Assembly (NCBI GenBank): GCA_965230095.1
Contig: OZ245946.1
Location: 517,210 to 581,209, forward strand
Source of the DNA: Balneola sp.
GTDB lineage: Bacteria > Bacteroidota > Rhodothermia > Balneolales > Balneolaceae
Direction: 5' to 3'
DNA length: 64,000 bases
Below the pieces are notes generated by a model, which worked only from the letters and a program-made list of their open reading frames with translations, was not told the DNA's origin and did no database searches. The first letter of the stretch is position 1. Each line of letters opens with the position of its first letter. The translations under genes and the position numbers were made by a program. Positions 58,315-64,000 of this stretch are shown one piece after another.

Positions 58315-58677
58315 TTAAGAATCGGAATTTTCAAGAGCTTTATAATCACTAATCAACCAGGTTAGGAATACAGCAACTCCAAAACCAAGATAGAAATTTC
58401 GAGCCAGATCGCCTTCACGTCCGCCTACGTAGAAAGCAAATCCTATTAAAGCTATAGAAACTATAAGCTCAATCATTCCATGAATTTTGAGTGGAATAAT
58501 TTTTACCAGCCCAACCTCAAAATCAGTAAAAATGGTAAGAGTGAAATGGATTCCTGCTAGAATATACGTACAGCACGCAGTGAATTCAGGAAGCCCAAAA
58601 AGAGAGGGGGAAGCAACTAAAAAAAGTACTACTACATAATCGATGATTCCGTGTAGTTTTGAAGTCAGGATTTTCAT
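58315..58677 (-). CDS. SPW-repeat-like membrane protein
   Basis: HGIIDY...ASPSLFG, TIFTDFEVGLVKIIPLKIHGMIE. Confidence 0.6.
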   Translation of the reverse strand: MKILTSKLHGIIDYVVVLFLVASPSLFGLPEFTACCTYILAGIHFTLTIFTDFEVGLVKIIPLKIHGMIELIVSIALIGFAFYVGGREGDLARNFYLGFGVAVFLTWLISDYKALENSDS

Positions 58678-58740
58678 TATTGTACCGTTAATTAAAATTT
58701 GTACAATATAAATGAAATAAAGTCATTCTCAATAATTCAT

Positions 58741-58773
58741 AAAAAAAGCCCCATTCAAATTAATGAATGAGGC
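58741..58773 (-). terminator. Intrinsic terminator of the carbonic anhydrase gene
   Basis: Minus strand AGCCTCATTCA-TTAATT-TGAATGGGGCT followed by T run. Confidence 0.75.
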
Positions 58774-58795
58774 TAATAAGAATCCTAAGAAGGAT

Positions 58796-59530
58796 TTAGT
58801 TTTCAACAAAAGTTACTTTCCCGGTATCAAGATCATAGTAAGCTCCCACAACCATGATTTCGTTTTTGTCTACCATGCCTTTTAATACAGGGCTTTTCAC
58901 CTTCATTTCATTGATGGTATATTCAACATTTTTGTTAACTACTTCATCAACAAACTGAGCATTTTTTGATGTTCTGTCACTTGCATATCCTTCTATAGCG
59001 TCAATAGCCGGTTGCACACGACCTAACAGAACGTCTGCATTATCGCTTAAATCTGCTTTATCGATAGCTGCTTTTACAGCTCCGCAAGCCTCATGGCCCA
59101 ACACAACAACCAGTTTAGAGCCTGCAACAGCAGCACCATACTCGATGCTTCCTAAAATATCTGGATTGACTGTATTTCCTGCTACTCTGGCAACAAAAAT
59201 GTCTCCGACTCCTTTATCGAATACTTTTTCTACCGGTACACGGCTATCAATACATGAAAGTACAACTGCTTTTGGATATTGTGCAGATGTAGTTGCAACC
59301 ACCTGAGCCTGGTAATTGCGGGGAGTAAGATTATTTTCTGTAAAACGTTCATTTCCCTCTTTAAATGAAGCAAGAATTGCCTCAGGTGTTAAATTTTCCT
59401 GATCTTCAGCAGTGATTACATCACTCACCAAAGGTTCAGAGGTTTGAGGATTATCGCTTTTTTGAGTACAGCTTATAAATAAAGCCAGTAACGGAACAAA
59501 TAATAATGATGATGAATATTTTTTAAACAT
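58796..59530 (-). CDS. Beta-class carbonic anhydrase, lipoprotein
   Basis: Lipobox FISC; CIDSRV, RVAGN, GHEACGAV zinc ligands. Confidence 0.92.
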   Translation of the reverse strand: MFKKYSSSLLFVPLLALFISCTQKSDNPQTSEPLVSDVITAEDQENLTPEAILASFKEGNERFTENNLTPRNYQAQVVATTSAQYPKAVVLSCIDSRVPVEKVFDKGVGDIFVARVAGNTVNPDILGSIEYGAAVAGSKLVVVLGHEACGAVKAAIDKADLSDNADVLLGRVQPAIDAIEGYASDRTSKNAQFVDEVVNKNVEYTINEMKVKSPVLKGMVDKNEIMVVGAYYDLDTGKVTFVEN

Positions 59531-59650
59531 GATTTTAATATTAGTTTTTTTGGTTCCGAGAATTTAGGCTCTCATGTAAATGAGAATTAGCTCTCAATTC
59601 ACATGCAAAACCTAACTAGCGAGTATTATCATTCCCGATTTATCGTATAA

Positions 59651-59682
59651 AAACAAAAATTCATGGAGAAACCATGAATTTT
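59651..59682 (-). terminator. Probable terminator of the TIGR03643-family gene
   Basis: AAAATTCATGG / CCATGAATTTT 11-bp stem (59656-59682), T-rich tail on the minus strand. Confidence 0.6.
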
Positions 59683-59768
59683 ATTAAACTTGAAAGGATG
59701 TAAGTTCCTAATCGCAGGGACTTAAGAGGTGAGTAAATTCAATGTTAAAAAATTGTTAACAGGCTTTT

Positions 59769-60059
59769 TTAGTACTTCTTTTTCGCAATTTTATTACCGG
59801 TTATAGGGTTTTGTGCCGGCGAAACAAATCGTTTCACTTCGTCGCTTCTTAGTTTTCTGTGCTTAGTTTGTCTTCCAGAAACTCTTTTTCTCCAGAGCTC
59901 CCAGCTTTTACGTTTTAGTTGACTTCGCATCAACTTTATTACTTCATCTTCTGATAAACCAAACTGGTATTCTATAGCATCAAACGGAGTTCGGTCTTCC
60001 CAAGCCATTCCAATGATTCTGTCAATTTCATGTTGTTCCAGCTCTTCTATTTTTTTCAT
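59769..60059 (-). CDS. TIGR03643/DUF2805 family protein
   Basis: IDRIIGMAWEDRTPFDAIEYQFGLSEDEVIKLMR...WRKRVSGRQTKH. Confidence 0.88.
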   Translation of the reverse strand: MKKIEELEQHEIDRIIGMAWEDRTPFDAIEYQFGLSEDEVIKLMRSQLKRKSWELWRKRVSGRQTKHRKLRSDEVKRFVSPAQNPITGNKIAKKKY

Positions 60060-60091
60060 ACTGAAATAACACGATTATAAGAAGGAATCAT

Positions 60092-61483
60092 TCAGTTTTT
60101 TACGGATTTCAACAGTCTTTTTAATTCATGACTTGAATACCAGTTTCCTTTTGAAACTAATCCTGCAACAGATGTTGTATTACTAATATCAGCCAAAGGG
60201 TTTTCTGATAATATCAGTAAATCAGCAATTTTTCCTTCTTCAATACTTCCGTATTCATTTTCCAGGTCAAAGAACTTTGGACCGTTTATTACAGATGTGA
60301 TCAATGCTTCTTGTGGAGTGAGTCCGGCATTAACTAAAAGCTCTAATTCTTTATGTATGGATTGACCTGGATAAGTAAATGAGTTGAACGGACCTGAATC
60401 AGAGCCCGCCAGAATATTAATTCCGGAATCGTACATAGGTTTAACCATATTGCTGAAACTAGTGACCCAAAGTGATCTGGTTTGAGTATAATTTTCTCCG
60501 CCACGTTTGGCAGAATTTAACCGCCTTTGATAAGTTTTAGTAATCTCCGGAGAAATGTAATTGAGTAAAGAATCTTCAGAGTGATCTGTTATTAATAACT
60601 CAGCTAATGTTTTTCCGACATGAAGGGTGGGGGTAACATAAAATTCATTTTCCGCTAATTTTATGTACGCTTTCTTTGCCAGTTCTTCGTCATAGGTATT
60701 CATAAGTGGAGTTATCATACTGTAACCTGCCCCGGCCTCGGTTAAACTATCAGCCAATGGAGACCCTTCTTTCAGTGCATAATACAAATGCTCGGTACCA
60801 TCTAAACCCAATTCAACTGCTTTCATCAAATCTGCGGAAAGGGGCATATGTCCGGCAGTGCTTATATTTCGTTTTTCAGCTTCAGTAATAATATTATAAA
60901 AAGCTTCTTTACTGAGATTCCCATCATAGATCTTTACAAAATCAGCATTAATGGTCTCAATAGAATCGAGTGCTTCTATTGTTTCTTCTTTATTTGTTAC
61001 TGATATAGAACCTTCCCAGGCAGGACGTGAGCCATCCAGTTTTGGTCCCGGGGTAAAAATCTTTGGACCGTCAAGTTCACCTTTTTGGACTTGATCATTC
61101 CATTTGTGAATAGCAGGAGTTATGTCACCACCTCCATCACGGACGCTTGTAATTCCAAATGCAAGGAGTAATGGTAGGAGTTTTTGATTGGCTTGAATAA
61201 GTTCTTCTCCGCCACGAAAATGTATATGATTATCCCAGAGCCCCGGCATTACATACTTTCCATTTAAACTGATGATCTGTTCAGAATGATAATTCCCAAG
61301 ATCAGAAGCATAATCGGTTGCCAGAATTTTATCTCCGGAAATAGCTATTAATTGGTTTGTAATGATCTTTCCATTCTCTACATCAACAATTGAAACATCT
61401 GTAAGTATAAGGTCTGCTTGTTTTGTTTCGGAGCACGAATTTAAAATCAGTAGAGAGAATAACAGAGGAATGAGTTTTGACAC
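60092..61483 (-). CDS. Amidohydrolase-family lipoprotein
   Basis: MPGLWDNHIH, FVKIY, GH, GTEH, LAGSDSG, GSIEEGKIADL. Confidence 0.92.
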   Translation of the reverse strand: MSKLIPLLFSLLILNSCSETKQADLILTDVSIVDVENGKIITNQLIAISGDKILATDYASDLGNYHSEQIISLNGKYVMPGLWDNHIHFRGGEELIQANQKLLPLLLAFGITSVRDGGGDITPAIHKWNDQVQKGELDGPKIFTPGPKLDGSRPAWEGSISVTNKEETIEALDSIETINADFVKIYDGNLSKEAFYNIITEAEKRNISTAGHMPLSADLMKAVELGLDGTEHLYYALKEGSPLADSLTEAGAGYSMITPLMNTYDEELAKKAYIKLAENEFYVTPTLHVGKTLAELLITDHSEDSLLNYISPEITKTYQRRLNSAKRGGENYTQTRSLWVTSFSNMVKPMYDSGINILAGSDSGPFNSFTYPGQSIHKELELLVNAGLTPQEALITSVINGPKFFDLENEYGSIEEGKIADLLILSENPLADISNTTSVAGLVSKGNWYSSHELKRLLKSVKN

Positions 61484-61535
61484 TTTCAGAATTTTTTGAT
61501 TACAAAGGTTGTACTTAATGAATTGAAATGTACAA

Positions 61536-61562
61536 TAAATTTCGTGCTTTAGTGAATTAGTG
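61536..61562 (+). repeat. Direct repeat D, copy 1
   Basis: TAAATTTCGTGCTTTAGTGAATTAGTG, 27/27 identical to 63419..63445. Confidence 0.92.
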
Positions 61563-61659
61563 GCTTCTAAATATTACAGCCTAAAATCTAAAAGATTAAT
61601 TTAGTTTAGTATGACATAGACTGTCACCCTTAGATGATACACTAAAGAAAAAGTAGCAA

Positions 61660-62706
61660 ATGGAAAAAGGATCTGAGTTTTTAAAACTAATCGAAATAGT
61701 ACAACCTATTAATAGTATTGGTATAAAATTACACACGTTTATAAGAAATGAAATACCAAACGTAGAAGAAACAGAAAACATTGATAAAAAAAGGTGGTAT
61801 TCATTCAAAAAGGAAATTGAAGAGTACTTTAAATGGCGGCAAGAACATCAGATTAAATGGAGACTTATAAACTATGATGGTCAAGCTAAAGAATTTTATT
61901 GTATCCATATTGAAGAGGGAATCACTTTGTATTTTGAATCTTCTGAGGGAATCAAATTAATCTATGATTCTAAAAGCGATCAAAAATTAGTTGAACAGCT
62001 TAAGAATAAGATAAACAAACTAAAAAAGAAGCATTCGAGATTTACGATTGGTTTCGTTCAATCAGAAATGAGCACACTTCGTATAAGATTTCGAGAGTTT
62101 AAACCTTATGAAAATGATTTAACCAAGTTTTTAGGAAATGACTTCTTAGAATTTGAAGAACAATTAGTAAGCGATATCAATCAAAATAATCGAAGCGGAC
62201 TTTACTTGCTACATGGTAAACCGGGAACCGGAAAAACATCATTTATAAAAAGTGTTTTGAGTAAAGTCGAAAAACATGCAATATTCATAACACCTGCTTT
62301 GACTGAAAGTTTAACATCTCCCGAGTTGGTTGGGTTACTATTGGATCACCCTGAGTCCATTATTATTATTGAAGATGCTGAAACGGTGTTAATGAAACGA
62401 CAAGCCGATAATTCAAATGCGGTTTCAAATTTGCTCAATCTTACGGATGGCTTTCCTGCTGATTTTTTAAACTTAAATATAATCTGCACTTTTAATACCA
62501 ATATCGACAATATTGATCCTGCTTTACTTCGAAAAGGGCGGCTTTCAGGGATAAAAGAATTTCAAAAACTTAAACCGGATCAAGCTAATTCTTTAGCAAA
62601 AGAAATGGGATATACACTAAATACAAACTCACCAATGACATTAGCAGAAGTTTGTAATGTAACTGGTAAGAAATACCAAGTTACAACTAATGGAATTGGG
62701 TTTTAA
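61660..62706 (+). CDS. AAA+ ATPase (classical AAA clade) with uncharacterised N-terminal domain
   Basis: Walker A GKPGTGKT, Walker B IIIIED, sensor-1 TFN, DPALLRKGR arginine finger. Confidence 0.88.
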   Translation: MEKGSEFLKLIEIVQPINSIGIKLHTFIRNEIPNVEETENIDKKRWYSFKKEIEEYFKWRQEHQIKWRLINYDGQAKEFYCIHIEEGITLYFESSEGIKLIYDSKSDQKLVEQLKNKINKLKKKHSRFTIGFVQSEMSTLRIRFREFKPYENDLTKFLGNDFLEFEEQLVSDINQNNRSGLYLLHGKPGTGKTSFIKSVLSKVEKHAIFITPALTESLTSPELVGLLLDHPESIIIIEDAETVLMKRQADNSNAVSNLLNLTDGFPADFLNLNIICTFNTNIDNIDPALLRKGRLSGIKEFQKLKPDQANSLAKEMGYTLNTNSPMTLAEVCNVTGKKYQVTTNGIGF

Positions 62707-62716
62707 AAGGGAAATT

Positions 62717-63367
62717 ATGATTATTAAAAAAAATACTATTCGATCAAAAGAAGATGCACTGTTTGATGAATGGTCAGAGAAATATCCATCTTTCGTAAGG
62801 GATGGAGTTATATCAGAAAATGCCTATGAGAATTCGAAGCTTAAAATCTTGCTTATTCTAAAAGAAGTAAATGATAAAGGAGGCGGAGGGTGGGATTTGC
62901 GAAATTATGTTTCTGAGAAGCCTAGGGGTATGACTTGGAATATGGTTTCTTACTGGGTTAAAGGAATTTTAGATTTAGAAAAGTCATTCGATTGGAAATG
63001 CCTAAAGGAGACTAAGAAATCTGATAGAGCTGAATATTTACAATCTATTGCCGTCATGAATTTAAAAAAAACACCTGGTGGAGGTTCTTCTGATGAAAAA
63101 GAAATTAGAGAGTTTACTCAGGACGATCGTGAATATTTATCTAAACAATTCAATTTATATAATTCTGACATAGTGATTTGCTGTGGTACGGGGAAATTTG
63201 TTAAAGAAATTATAGAAGTGGACTGGAAAAAAACAACAAGAGGTATTAAATATGGAGAATTTGAGAATAATAAATACATATATAGTTTCTATCACCCACA
63301 GGCTAGATATCCAAATCATTTCAAATATTATATGCTAATTGATGCAATTAAAGAACTACAGCAATAG
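62717..63367 (+). CDS. Hypothetical protein, possibly uracil-DNA glycosylase-like fold
   Basis: ILLILKEVN, AVMNLKK, DIVICCGT, C-terminal YHPQ resemble UDG-superfamily motif spacing; fold is inferred; ATG 62717 preferred over track start 62690. Confidence 0.5.
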   Translation: MIIKKNTIRSKEDALFDEWSEKYPSFVRDGVISENAYENSKLKILLILKEVNDKGGGGWDLRNYVSEKPRGMTWNMVSYWVKGILDLEKSFDWKCLKETKKSDRAEYLQSIAVMNLKKTPGGGSSDEKEIREFTQDDREYLSKQFNLYNSDIVICCGTGKFVKEIIEVDWKKTTRGIKYGEFENNKYIYSFYHPQARYPNHFKYYMLIDAIKELQQ

Positions 63368-63418
63368 AACTACTATTCTTTCAACAGGTTTTTATAGCTC
63401 AAATAAATTTTAGCATGC

Positions 63419-63445
63419 TAAATTTCGTGCTTTAGTGAATTAGTG
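63419..63445 (+). repeat. Direct repeat D, copy 2
   Basis: Exact copy of 61536..61562. Confidence 0.92.
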
Positions 63446-63493
63446 CCAAAACACTATTTCATTAGCCGTCACATTCCTTATCTTCATCACCCG

Positions 63494-64000
63494 ATGGCAG
63501 CGAAAAAACGAAATAGCAATGACATCTATCAGACCTTGATCAAAGAGATCAATACTCCTGATATGAAACCGATCTATTATTTATTCGGTGATGAAGAGTT
63601 CTATTTAGATCAGTTGCTGGATAAATTTTCAAATGTCATCCAGCCCAATGAAAAGGATTTCAATTTTGACTTACTATATGGGCAAGATGTAAGTCCCGCA
63701 AAGGCGTTAGGTGCTGCTCGCAGTTTTCCGATGATGGCAGAGAAAAGAGTGCTCATCATTAAGAACTTCCTGCAGATCGGGAAGGGAGCAGGGAGTGAAG
63801 GATCCATTCAGGATTTTATTTCTTATATAGAAAATCCAAACCCGACGTGTTTACTGGTTCTGTTTGATACAGGAAAGCCTGCGGGGAACACTAACCTTGG
63901 AAAGGCACTATCAAAGAATAAAAATGTAGGCTACCATCAATTTGAAGCCCTGCCTGATTACTTGATTCCGGATTGGGTGATCAGCTGGACAAAATCTCAT
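63494..64000 (+). CDS. holA: DNA polymerase III subunit delta (runs off the window edge)
   Basis: Manual translation: MAAKKRNS...YYLFGDEEFYLDQ...FNFDLLYGQD...ARSFPMMAEKRVLIIK. Confidence 0.92.
   Translation, partial: MAAKKRNSNDIYQTLIKEINTPDMKPIYYLFGDEEFYLDQLLDKFSNVIQPNEKDFNFDLLYGQDVSPAKALGAARSFPMMAEKRVLIIKNFLQIGKGAGSEGSIQDFISYIENPNPTCLLVLFDTGKPAGNTNLGKALSKNKNVGYHQFEALPDYLIPDWVISWTKSH

Noticed and set aside
367-63807. Many 60-185 aa ORFs in the track antisense to or nested in recognised genes
   Set aside because: They are shadow frames of well-supported genes, with no motifs of their own.
1-64000. CRISPR array, integron, prophage, IS transposase, rRNA
   Set aside because: No regularly spaced repeat-spacer array, attC consensus, phage structural gene, transposase/integrase ORF or rRNA sequence was recognised.

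Overview
AT-rich bacterial chromosome segment, most consistent with a Balneolaceae-like organism (Balneola/Gracilimonas; inferred from gene content and protein style, not verified). The housekeeping backbone is thrS-infC-rpmI-rplT, tRNA-Val, nusB-ychF, prfB (programmed +1 frameshift)-coaE-fbp, rimP-nusA-infB-rbfA-truB-ribF, rpsO-pnp, asnS and holA. Accessory metabolism includes PhoX, BtaA/BtaB betaine-lipid genes, an EEP+HAD phosphatase fusion, deoC with two ALDH genes, and a beta-carbonic anhydrase. No integrase, transposase, CRISPR array or rRNA was seen. Most notable: (1) two diverged, tail-to-tail copies of a ~200-nt multi-stem non-coding element at 56.6-57.1 kb, with compensatory stem changes, identical loop motifs and C(GAA)G triloops; (2) four small AT-rich cargo cassettes, each bounded by its own direct repeat (two repeats duplicate a host gene 3' end), with no mobility gene, including an AAA ATPase + UDG-like pair; (3) a five-gene envelope operon linking a type-1 copper protein, a membrane adenylate cyclase, two paralogous outer-membrane barrels and a Tat-exported ferritin-like lipoprotein; (4) an apparent AUC start on a lipoprotein gene as well as on infC; (5) several REP/REPIN-like palindromes, one pair with complementary loops. 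Family assignments come from motif recognition only; no database search was run.
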